A stretch of 24,000 bases of DNA, from NCBI GenBank assembly GCA_046152925.1, contig JBJXFX010000002.1, forward strand, positions 1 through 24,000, written 5' to 3'. The notes under the pieces were generated by a model, which was not told where the DNA came from, searched no databases, and saw only the letters and a program-made list of their open reading frames with translations. The translations under genes were made by a program, and so were the position numbers. Positions 7,982 through 14,825 of the stretch are shown here, piece by piece. This DNA comes from Dehalococcoidia bacterium. Its GTDB lineage: Bacteria; Chloroflexota; Dehalococcoidia; Tepidiformales; Tepidiformaceae. Numbering within the stretch: the first letter of the stretch is position 1; each line of letters starts with the position of its first letter.

Positions 7982-8251
7982 ATGCTAGCCTTCGCGACGA
8001 TGGACGAGCCGCTCCTCCTCCGTGTGCTGCGCGAACGACACCCGCGCGCCGAGGCATTGGCGATCCTCGCCGTCGAAGAGCTGCCCGGCGGCGCCACACG
8101 CGTCGAAGCCGAGTGGGCGGACACCTGTGAATACGTCCGGCGCGACTTTGTCTTTTCCCCTTCGCCGGAAGGCGAGGTCGTCGGGCCGGGCGGCGCGCGG
8201 TGGACCATCTCCGAGGGCGGCACCCGCCGCTCCAAGCCGCCACTCACTTAA
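7982..8251 (+). CDS. Hypothetical protein; weak call
   Basis: The ORF has fairly high GC3 (MLAFATMDEPLLLRVLRERHPRAEAL...). I recognise no motif. The longer ORF-track version starts at ATG 7922, inside repeat copy 2. Confidence 0.35.
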   Translation: MLAFATMDEPLLLRVLRERHPRAEALAILAVEELPGGATRVEAEWADTCEYVRRDFVFSPSPEGEVVGPGGARWTISEGGTRRSKPPLT

Positions 8252-8277
8252 CCGTCGCGGTTCGTTGGTGCGACCGC

Positions 8278-8305
8278 TTGGTCCTTCTTGCTACTGTGCT
8301 AGCAT
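8278..8305 (+). promoter_or_regulatory. Candidate promoter for a leaderless RHH gene (TTGGTC-16 nt-TAGCAT)
   Basis: The -35-like TTGGTC is at 8278-8283 and the -10-like TAGCAT at 8300-8305. ATG 8312 follows 6 nt later with no Shine-Dalgarno sequence. Confidence 0.4.
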
Positions 8306-8311
8306 ACCAGC

Positions 8312-8500
8312 ATGCAGGAGGGCAGGCCGCTTCGCCAGTTCAACGTCTACCTCACGCCGGACCTCATCCGGCGGGTGAAGCACCACGCCGTCGATGCCGA
8401 GCTCTCGCTCTCCGCGCTCGTCGGCCACGCGCTCGAGGAGTACCTCGTACGGCGCGACCCTCCCAAGGCCCCGCAACCCACGACCCAGGAGCATCCATGA
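8312..8500 (+). CDS. Ribbon-helix-helix (CopG-like) DNA-binding protein
   Basis: [38 protein letters not shown] has the beta-strand/helix/helix pattern of RHH proteins. The protein is 62 aa. Confidence 0.75.
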   Translation: MQEGRPLRQFNVYLTPDLIRRVKHHAVDAELSLSALVGHALEEYLVRRDPPKAPQPTTQEHP

Positions 8501-8898
8501 GCACCACCGGATTCGTCGGCTACTACATCGAGACACGGAATTTTGGGGCGACGGCGGCGCTGTGGGCCTCGCTCGGCTTCGAGACCGTCTTCGAAACCGG
8601 ACACGGCTCCGGGCAACTGCAACATCCCGCGGGCGGGCCGTACGTCTTCATCGCCGAGCAACACGATGGACCGCTGGAAGCCCACGCTATCCTCGGTGTC
8701 GCCGATGTCACGGCCTTCGCACCTGCGCGCCCACCGGAATACGCCATGCCCTTCACCGCGCAGCACTGGGGCGTCATGGAGGCGCACGTGCGCGACCCCG
8801 ACGGCCGCGTCGTCAGCCTCCAGGGCCCGCTCCCGCCCGGCGTCGAGGCCCCGGACGACGACCACCACCACCACGAAGCGAAGTACGGCGCTCCCTAA
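8497..8898 (+). CDS. VOC (glyoxalase/bleomycin-resistance/dioxygenase) family protein
   Basis: The ATG at 8497 overlaps the RHH stop (ATGA). The VOC-like sequence includes [22 protein letters not shown] and [14 protein letters not shown]. The C-terminus is natively His-rich (DDDHHHHE). Confidence 0.8.
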   Translation: MSTTGFVGYYIETRNFGATAALWASLGFETVFETGHGSGQLQHPAGGPYVFIAEQHDGPLEAHAILGVADVTAFAPARPPEYAMPFTAQHWGVMEAHVRDPDGRVVSLQGPLPPGVEAPDDDHHHHEAKYGAP

Positions 8899-8902
8899 AC
8901 CG

Positions 8903-9223
8903 CTACGCCGACTCTTGGAGCTTCAACCCGATGATCCCCGCCAGCACCAGCACGACGGAGCCCACGCGCAAGAGGTTCGCTGGCTCGCGGAGAAAGAGTA
9001 TGCCGACTAAGACGGTGCCGGCTGCGCCGAGCCCGGTCCAGACCGCGTAGGCCGTGCCCACGGGCAGATCCTTGAGGGCCAGCGTAAGCAGGAGGAAGCT
9101 GCTCCCGCCAAAGACGCAGACGGCGACCGACGGCCAGAGCCGCGTGAACCCGTGCGAGCCCTTGAGCGCCACCGCAAACGCGACCTCAAGCATGCCTGCC
9201 ACGACCACGAGGAACCATGCCAT
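8903..9223 (-). CDS. sugE: SMR-family small multidrug/guanidinium exporter (SugE/Gdx type)
   Basis: 106 aa with four TM segments. The membrane Glu is conserved in MLEVAFAVALK, and WTGLGAAGTVLVGILFLREP is a typical SugE sequence. Confidence 0.9.
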   Translation of the reverse strand: MAWFLVVVAGMLEVAFAVALKGSHGFTRLWPSVAVCVFGGSSFLLLTLALKDLPVGTAYAVWTGLGAAGTVLVGILFLREPANLLRVGSVVLVLAGIIGLKLQESA

Positions 9224-9244
9224 TCCCGCCGCCTCCGCGAGACG

Positions 9245-9556
9245 CTAGCCGACCGCCACCCGCGTGCCGCACTTTGGGCAGAACTTGGCGGTGAGCGGCA
9301 CTATAGTCTCGCAGCGCAAACAGCGCATTTCGGCGCCGGGGCTCGGGAGGAGCGCGCCGCATTCCTCGCAAAAGCGCGAACCGGGCGCGTTCCGGTGCCC
9401 ACACTCCATACAGAACAGCGGAGGTGCTGCGGGTGGGGCCGGCATGCCGGCCCCACCCGCGCTGGATGCGTCCGCCCCAGCTCGATCGCGCCTCTTCTTC
9501 TTGCCACGACGCTCGAAGAGGTCTTCGAAGACGTCGAATAGCTCGTCAACCATCAT
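9245..9556 (-). CDS. Double zinc-ribbon domain protein with an acidic amphipathic N-terminus
   Basis: Four CxxC pairs are present (CMECG...CEECG, CLRCE...CPKCG). The N-terminus reads MMVDELFDVFEDLFERRGKKKRRDR. Its start overlaps the upstream stop (TGATG), with GGAGG upstream. Confidence 0.75.
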   Translation of the reverse strand: MMVDELFDVFEDLFERRGKKKRRDRAGADASSAGGAGMPAPPAAPPLFCMECGHRNAPGSRFCEECGALLPSPGAEMRCLRCETIVPLTAKFCPKCGTRVAVG

Positions 9557-9846
9557 CAGCCTCCGGCGAGCGCCGGTGCGAGGCCGGCCCCCCCAAGCAG
9601 GGCGCGAATCTCGCCCAGTGAGCTGTCATCGGCCGGCAAGATCGCATCCGAGGGCACGATCTCGTCGTCGGACAGCGGCAGCCCGTGTTCCCGCACGATG
9701 CGGAGCATCTCGCTGAGGTGGCCCGCAAACTCAGTCGGCGTGTCCTGTTCAAGGTCTTGGTCGAGCTCCAGGTCCAGCGCCTCAAGCTGCGTCATGATGT
9801 CCGCATCGAGCCGGTACTGTTGGTCACCGAGAATTCGGACAATCAC
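9556..9846 (-). CDS. PspA-associated small protein, PspAA-like
   Basis: MIVRILGDQQYRLD... and the acidic 96-aa protein match my recollection of the PspAA family that is encoded next to pspA. GTG start in a GTGA overlap, with GGAGGTG upstream. Confidence 0.65.
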   Translation of the reverse strand: MIVRILGDQQYRLDADIMTQLEALDLELDQDLEQDTPTEFAGHLSEMLRIVREHGLPLSDDEIVPSDAILPADDSSLGEIRALLGGAGLAPALAGG

Positions 9847-10064
9847 GCGCCCACCTCCGCCAATCGGTGTCGAGCCGTCCGAGGGACGCGGCCGTGCCGT
9901 TCCAGCAAGCGCTTGAGGATCGCGTAGCGCAGGTGGAAGCGGTCCATCCGGCCGGCCCGCTGGTCTTCGATCGCGGCACGGTCCATGTCCTCAACGAACG
10001 AGGCCATCAAGGCGGGCACGGCATGCTCGCCGAGCTGCGTGACAACGGTCACTTCGTTGTTCAT
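9843..10064 (-). CDS. Hypothetical 73-aa protein embedded in the psp operon
   Basis: Its start overlaps the PspA stop (ATGA) and its stop overlaps the PspAA start (GTGA). GGAGG lies 8 nt upstream. I recognise no family. Confidence 0.6.
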   Translation of the reverse strand: MNNEVTVVTQLGEHAVPALMASFVEDMDRAAIEDQRAGRMDRFHLRYAILKRLLERHGRVPRTARHRLAEVGA

Positions 10065-10792
10065 GATTTCGCCTCCGAAAGCAGCTTGGGCTCTGGCGCT
10101 GGGGCCAACTGCGCCTTGAGCGCGGCGAGCTCCAGCTCGATGGTGCCGGCCGCCCCAAGGCGGTCGAGCTCCCGGTCCAAGGGGTCGCTGGTGGAGAGAG
10201 GGTCGTCGAGCACGCCGCTCTCGATGAGCTCGCCGATCGCGTCGCCGCGGCTGCGGAGCTGCGCGGTCTTGTCCTCGGCGCGTTGGATCGACATGCCGAC
10301 GTCCGCCATCTCCTCAGAGAGGCCGGTGACGGCCTCCCCGATCCGGACGGTGGCCTTGGCTGCCGTGTACTGGGCCTTCACGACTTCCTTCTTGGTGCGG
10401 AACGCCTCGACCTTGGCGGCCAGCCGGGCCTCCGCCTGGATGAGGCGGTCTTGCTCGCCCTTGAGCTGGGCAACCTGCGTTTCGAAGCCATCGAGCTGGC
10501 CCTGGGCGAGTTGCTTCCGTTCGAGGGCGAGGCGGGCGAGGTCTTCGCGGCCAGCAACCAACGCTTGGCGCGCCTGCCCGTCGAACTTGGCGAGCTTGGC
10601 GCGGACCTCCTCGGCCTGGAGCTCGAGGCGCCGGCGGGCCGCCGTCACCTCGACCACGCCGCGCTTCACATCGCGCAACATCTCCACCTGTTTTTCGTAG
10701 CTCAGGTCGAGCATTTCGCGTGGGTCTTCGAGCGCATCGACGGCCTTGTGAGCCTTGGCTTCGAATACCGCCTTTATCCGGCGAAGCAACAT
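10061..10792 (-). CDS. pspA: PspA/IM30 family protein (phage shock protein A-like, ESCRT-III superfamily)
   Basis: The N-terminus is ...ALEDPREMLDLSYEKQVEMLRDVKRGVVEVTAARRRLE. The protein is long coiled-coil sequence of 243 aa. Confidence 0.92.
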   Translation of the reverse strand: MLLRRIKAVFEAKAHKAVDALEDPREMLDLSYEKQVEMLRDVKRGVVEVTAARRRLELQAEEVRAKLAKFDGQARQALVAGREDLARLALERKQLAQGQLDGFETQVAQLKGEQDRLIQAEARLAAKVEAFRTKKEVVKAQYTAAKATVRIGEAVTGLSEEMADVGMSIQRAEDKTAQLRSRGDAIGELIESGVLDDPLSTSDPLDRELDRLGAAGTIELELAALKAQLAPAPEPKLLSEAKS

Positions 10793-10837
10793 CGCGGGAT
10801 TCCCCTTTCAGTTGGATGGTCCGCCAGGGCGCGGCGC

Positions 10838-11791
10838 CTAGTGGGCCGCGCCTGGCGCGATAGCGTGCGGGTCGCCCGGCGTGTCCTTGTCCTTACGGGC
10901 GAGCGATCCGATGACCGCGACCGTCAGGATGGTGATGATGACGCCGAGGCTGACGAGCGGGTCGATCTTGTACACGTCGATGAGGAGCATTTTGATGCCG
11001 ACGAACACCAGGATGGCCGCCAACGCGGGCTTCAAGTACTTCATCCCGGCCAGGTAGCCGGAGAGCACAAAGTACAAGGCCCGCAAGCCGAGGATGGCCA
11101 AGATATTCGAGGTGAAGACGATGAACGGGTCGTCCGTCACCGCATAAATCGCGGGGATGGAGTCGACCGCAAAGACGAGGTCCGTGCTCTCCACGAGCAG
11201 AAGCACGAGGAAGAGCGGCGTCACCATGAGGACCCCCGCGCGGCGTACGAAGAACTTCTGCCCTTCGTACGCTTCCGTCACTGGGAAGAAGCGCTTCGCC
11301 ACGCGGACGAGCGGGTTCTTTTCAAGCGACGGGGCGTGTTCGCCCGAGTCCCGGAGGAACTTGAGGCCCGTCAGGATGAGGAAGGCCCCGAACAAGTAGA
11401 TGACCCAGTGGAGCGCCCCAAGAAGCACGCCCGCCGCGGCGATCAGGATCGCCCGCATGATGAGCGCGCCGACGATGCCCCAAAACAGGATTCGGTGCTG
11501 ATACATCGCCGGGACGCCAAAGCTCGCGAAGATCAGCAGGAAGATGAAGACGTTGTCGACCGCCAGCGATTTCTCGATGAGGTAGCCAGTCGTCCATTCG
11601 ATGCCGGAATCCCGGCCCTGGAACAGGTAAACGCCGACGTTGAAGCTGGCGGCAAGGCCGATCCAGACGACGCTCCAGATGAGCGATTCCTTTTTGGTGA
11701 CTTCGTGGGCATTGCGGTGAAACACGCCCAAGTCGAGGGCGAGCATTGCACCGACGAGCACCAGAAATCCGATCCAGGGCAAGAGGTCCAT
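10838..11791 (-). CDS. TerC family integral membrane protein
   Basis: The TerC motifs ESTDLVFAVDSIPAIYAVTDDPFIVFTSNILAILGLRALYF are present, along with multiple TM helices. I prefer ATG 11791 (GGAG upstream); a TTG at 11797 is also possible. Confidence 0.92.
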   Translation of the reverse strand: MDLLPWIGFLVLVGAMLALDLGVFHRNAHEVTKKESLIWSVVWIGLAASFNVGVYLFQGRDSGIEWTTGYLIEKSLAVDNVFIFLLIFASFGVPAMYQHRILFWGIVGALIMRAILIAAAGVLLGALHWVIYLFGAFLILTGLKFLRDSGEHAPSLEKNPLVRVAKRFFPVTEAYEGQKFFVRRAGVLMVTPLFLVLLLVESTDLVFAVDSIPAIYAVTDDPFIVFTSNILAILGLRALYFVLSGYLAGMKYLKPALAAILVFVGIKMLLIDVYKIDPLVSLGVIITILTVAVIGSLARKDKDTPGDPHAIAPGAAH

Positions 11792-11821
11792 GAACAAATG
11801 AGGGCTCCGTCAGGTAGGGAT

Positions 11822-11856
11822 GCCGGGCCGGCCAGTGGTGGGCTGGCCGGCCCGGC
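11822..11856 (-). promoter_or_regulatory. Very stable GC hairpin between the leader ORF and terC
   Basis: GCCGGGCCGGCCAG / CTGGCCGGCCCGGC forms a perfect 14-bp stem with a 7-nt loop. There is no U-tract on either strand. On the minus strand it ends about 14 nt before the terC SD. Confidence 0.8.
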
Positions 11857-11874
11857 GAGGAGAGGGGCAACCGG

Positions 11875-12102
11875 CTAACACAGGTCGGAGTCGCTCTGAT
11901 AGTGGCGGCGGTGCGCAGCTGGCCGGCCTTCTTCGTCCGCCTCGCGGCCGCCGCCGAGCGCCTCTATCAGGCGAGCGGCCCACCCTCGAAACCCCTTACG
12001 GGGCTGAGCTGGCGCCGCGTCCGGATCGGTCTGGACGCGGCTTTCATCGCGATCCTCGTCGCCGCGGACGACGATATCCCAGGGGGTAAACACGTAGTCC
12101 AT
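11875..12102 (-). CDS. Hypothetical 75-aa acidic/Arg-rich protein; first ORF of the terC-psp transcription unit
   Basis: ATG 12102 is preceded by GGAGGTGTCAGGAGTG. GC3 is moderately high. The sequence is MDYVFTPWDIVVRGDEDRDES... and I recognise no family. Confidence 0.45.
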   Translation of the reverse strand: MDYVFTPWDIVVRGDEDRDESRVQTDPDAAPAQPRKGFRGWAARLIEALGGGREADEEGRPAAHRRHYQSDSDLC

Positions 12103-12259
12103 CACTCCTGACACCTCCGAACGCGGCCGTGCCCGGGGCACGGTTCTCGCGTAACTGTTGTGCCAGGGTCTTACCGGGCGAGGCTTGGTCGCCTCGCTGC
12201 ATGGCCGGCGCGTGTGCGCGTGTTGACGGCCGATACGCTGCCGATGTGGTGGCAGCGGT

Positions 12260-12285
12260 TACTCCCCCGTGGTAGTTACTACAAT
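12260..12285 (+). promoter_or_regulatory. Candidate promoter for the SbtA-like gene (-10 TACAAT)
   Basis: TACAAT is at 12280-12285, with a weak -35 (GGTTAC/TTACTC) upstream. It would give a 5' UTR of about 80 nt containing two small hairpins. Confidence 0.35.
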
Positions 12286-12373
12286 ATGCGACCCAGGAGT
12301 CGCGTGTCAAGAGTCAGACTTTGCTCGGTGGGCGGCTGGCGTCACGACACGCTGGTCGTGTAGCTTCAGGCGG

Positions 12374-13333
12374 ATGATGCCTTTGGACGCGGCCGCGACC
12401 AACCTCACTTCGCCCCCCGTCCTCGCTTTCGCTCTGGGCGCCGCGGCCACCTTCCTACGCGGCGACCTCCGCTTCCCCGACGCGATCCACACGGCGATCA
12501 CGACCTACCTGCTGCTCGCCATCGGCCTCAAAGGCGGCGCGCAGCTTTCGGAGAGCTCGCTCGGCGAGGTCTGGCTCCCGGCGGTGGTCGCCGTTGGGTT
12601 AGGCTGCTGCATCCCGCTGTGGGCCTACGCTGGCGCCCGGCAGTTCGGCAAGCTCAGCGTCGCCGACTCGGCGTCGATGGCGGCGCACTACGGCTCAGTC
12701 AGCATCGTGACGTTTACCGCCGCGACTGCCTTCGCGACCGCATCCGGGCGCGAGGCCGAAGGCTTCCTGCCGGCGCTCGTCGCGATGATGGAGATCCCGG
12801 GGATCATCGTCGCCCTGCTGGTTGCCGCCCGCTTTGGCGGGGGCGTCCAAGGCGCCGAGGCGATCCGCGAAGTGGTCTCCGGGCGCGGCGTCCTGCTCCT
12901 GGGCGGCGGTCTGATCATCGGGTTCGCCGCGGGGACCGACGGTTCGAAGGCCATTGAGCCATTCTTCGTCGCGCCCTTCTACGGGGTCCTCGTGCTCTTC
13001 TTGCTCGAAATGGGCTCGACGGCGGCGGAGCGGTTTGGCGAGGTGCGGCAAGCTGGCGCCTTCCTCCTCGGGTTCGGCCTGGCCATGCCCATCCTCAACG
13101 GCGCCCTCGGCGTCATCGCGGGCACACTGGCCGGCCTTTCGCCGGAGGGAGCGGCAATCCTCGGCGCCGTTGCGGGGAGCGCGAGCTACATCGCGGCGCC
13201 CGCAGCCGTGCGCATCGCCCTCCCGGAGGCGAACCCGGGCCTCTCGCTCACAGCCGCGCTCGCCATCACCTTCCCCTTCAACCTGATCGCCGGCATCCCC
13301 TTATTCTTCCTCTTGGCCGACGCGCTGGGCTGA
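12374..13333 (+). CDS. Sodium-dependent bicarbonate transport family permease (SbtA-like)
   Basis: SPPVLAFALGAAATFLRGDLRFPDAIHTAITTYLLLAIGLKGG and the polytopic membrane layout match the SbtA family. No SbtB (PII-like) gene follows. Confidence 0.85.
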   Translation: MMPLDAAATNLTSPPVLAFALGAAATFLRGDLRFPDAIHTAITTYLLLAIGLKGGAQLSESSLGEVWLPAVVAVGLGCCIPLWAYAGARQFGKLSVADSASMAAHYGSVSIVTFTAATAFATASGREAEGFLPALVAMMEIPGIIVALLVAARFGGGVQGAEAIREVVSGRGVLLLGGGLIIGFAAGTDGSKAIEPFFVAPFYGVLVLFLLEMGSTAAERFGEVRQAGAFLLGFGLAMPILNGALGVIAGTLAGLSPEGAAILGAVAGSASYIAAPAAVRIALPEANPGLSLTAALAITFPFNLIAGIPLFFLLADALG

Positions 13334-13389
13334 CCGGTGGAGCATTCGGCATCCTCGGTGACGAATGTGTGATCCGACAATCATCAGTC

Positions 13390-13426
13390 ATTGACGAAGT
13401 ATTGACGAAAATCGTACGCTAGGCCC
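13390..13426 (+). promoter_or_regulatory. Promoter plus candidate CarH/LitR operator: tandem 11-bp direct repeats overlapping the -35 and -10 boxes, with a leaderless start
   Basis: ATTGACGAAGT (13390-13400), ATTGACGAAAA (13401-13411) and TCGTACGCTAG (13412-13422) follow one another. TTGACG 13391-13396 and TACGCT 13415-13420 are separated by 18 nt, and ATG 13427 lies 6 nt after the -10 box. Confidence 0.5.
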
Positions 13427-14281
13427 ATGGACTTGACACCCCTCGGAGTTGCCGCTGCAACCGGCATCACCGTCCACCAGCTCCGGCTCTGGGAGCGGCG
13501 TTACGGCTTTCCGACACCCCAGCGCGCACCCAGCGGCCACCGTCGCTACAACCCGGCGGACGTCGACGCCGCGCGCCTCATGCGCCAGCTCATCGCGGCA
13601 GGCGTCCCGGGGGAAGTCGCTGCGCGCACGGCGCGCGAGCGGCTGAGCGCCCCGGCGCAGGATCCGGCTGCGACGCCGGAGGGACCGCGCAGCTTGCTCA
13701 CGCTGATCGCCGGGCTCGATGCTCGGGCGCTCCCCGCCGCGCTCGCCGAGGCATTCGCGGAGCGCCAGCCGGAGGCGGCCTTCGACGAGGTCGTTGCGCC
13801 GCTGCTCCGCCAGGTGGGGGATGCCTGGGAGGCTGGCGACCTCAGCCCAGCCCAGGAACACTTCGCCACACTCGCGGTGCTGCGAGCGTTTGAACGCTCC
13901 TTCGGCGGGGCCGGCGGCGCCATCTACCCTGGCCCCATCCTCATCGCTTGCCCTGCCGGCGAAGAGCACGACCTGCCGGCCGCCCTCCTCTCGATGAGCC
14001 TCGAGTGGCACGGCCACACAGTCGTCTCACTCGGCGCCAACGTCCCTGGCGACGCGTTGCTCGATGCGGCAAGGGCCGTCCGGCCGGTCGCCGCCTGCCT
14101 CGTGGTCACCGCCGACAGCAGCATCCCCGCCACCCGGTTGGCGGCTGGCGCGTTGATCCGCGCAGGGATCCGCGTCCACACGGCGGGCCGTGCGCTGTCC
14201 GCCGCGAACCCTGCCTTGCCAGGGCCACTCCTCAGCTTCACCGCCGCCCTTAGGGCGTTCGGCGTCAACCAAGGAGGTTGA
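13427..14281 (+). CDS. MerR-family regulator with a cobalamin-binding domain (CarH/LitR-type light-responsive repressor)
   Basis: The HTH reads ITVHQLRLWERRYGFPTPQRAPSGHRRY. The Wx9EH motif is intact (W134 at nt 13826-13828; E144-H145 at nt 13856-13861). The B12-binding Rossmann segment ILIACPAGEEHDLPAALL carries the candidate lower-ligand His181 (nt 13967-13969). Confidence 0.88.
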   Translation: MDLTPLGVAAATGITVHQLRLWERRYGFPTPQRAPSGHRRYNPADVDAARLMRQLIAAGVPGEVAARTARERLSAPAQDPAATPEGPRSLLTLIAGLDARALPAALAEAFAERQPEAAFDEVVAPLLRQVGDAWEAGDLSPAQEHFATLAVLRAFERSFGGAGGAIYPGPILIACPAGEEHDLPAALLSMSLEWHGHTVVSLGANVPGDALLDAARAVRPVAACLVVTADSSIPATRLAAGALIRAGIRVHTAGRALSAANPALPGPLLSFTAALRAFGVNQGG

Positions 14282-14282
14282 A

Positions 14283-14807
14283 ATGTCCATCCATCGTGTC
14301 CGCGAGTCCGCAATCGTCCAGGCCGATCTCGATTCGGTCTGGCGCTTCTTTTCGGACCCGCGCAACCTCGCACGCATCACGCCACCCTGGCTGGGCCTCC
14401 GCCTCACGTGCGAGCCGCCCGCCGAAATGCACCCGGGTCTCATCCTCACCTACACGGTCCGTCCGTTCGCGGGCGTGCCCCTCACGTGGGTGACCGAGAT
14501 CACGCATGTCGTCGACCACCGCCTTTTCGTGGACGAGCAGCGGATGGGGCCTTACGCCTTCTGGCATCACCAGCACCACTTCCGTCCCCACGCCGACGGC
14601 GTCGCGATGGAGGACATCGTCCACTACGCGCTGCCGGGCGGGCCCGCCGGTGACCTAGTCAACCGGCTTAGCGTCGCCAAGCGCGTGGCGTCGATCTTCG
14701 CCTACCGGACGACCGTGATGCGGGAGGTCTTCCCCGTCCTGACGAGGGCTGAGGGTGCGCCTACTCCGCCCTCGGCCCTGCCCGCCTTCGGCCATGCAAC
14801 GGCCTAA
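14283..14807 (+). CDS. SRPBCC (START/Bet v1-like) ligand-binding family protein
   Basis: The ATG lies 1 nt after the regulator stop, and the AAGGAGG SD is inside the regulator's 3' end. The sequence is typical SRPBCC (DLDSVWRFFSDPRNLARITPPW, FVDEQRMGPYAFWHHQHHF). Confidence 0.8.
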   Translation: MSIHRVRESAIVQADLDSVWRFFSDPRNLARITPPWLGLRLTCEPPAEMHPGLILTYTVRPFAGVPLTWVTEITHVVDHRLFVDEQRMGPYAFWHHQHHFRPHADGVAMEDIVHYALPGGPAGDLVNRLSVAKRVASIFAYRTTVMREVFPVLTRAEGAPTPPSALPAFGHATA

Positions 14808-14825
14808 CGAGAAAGAGGATTCGAG

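Noticed and set aside
8200-8898. Long 232-aa version of the VOC ORF
   Set aside because: The N-terminal 99 codons overlap the RHH gene in another frame and look non-coding. ATG 8497 gives a normal-length VOC protein and an ATGA coupling with the RHH stop.
7258-8900. Mobile element (IS, integron or integrase-borne island) carrying the TA and RHH-VOC genes
   Set aside because: I could find no transposase, integrase, inverted terminal repeats or attC-like sites. Only the direct duplication is visible, so I report that and do not call a mobile element.
9224-9244. Guanidine riboswitch upstream of sugE
   Set aside because: The gap to the preceding gene is only 21 nt and contains just an SD, which leaves no room for a riboswitch. 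sugE is simply the last gene of the psp operon.
12286-12363. 25-codon upstream ORF (MRPRSRVSRV...) between the TACAAT box and the SbtA-like start
   Set aside because: The ATG directly abuts the -10 box, so it would not be on the transcript. There is no SD and the peptide is Arg/Ser-rich. It is probably fortuitous.
11798-12373. yybP-ykoY (Mn) riboswitch upstream of terC
   Set aside because: I read the minus strand of the whole leader and did not find the conserved core I remember for this class. This needs a covariance-model scan to be certain, so I report it only as an absence.
13334-13426. SbtB (PII-like) partner gene or terminator after the SbtA-like gene
   Set aside because: There is no ORF of suitable size and no convincing hairpin in this 93-nt gap, which is occupied by the regulator's promoter.
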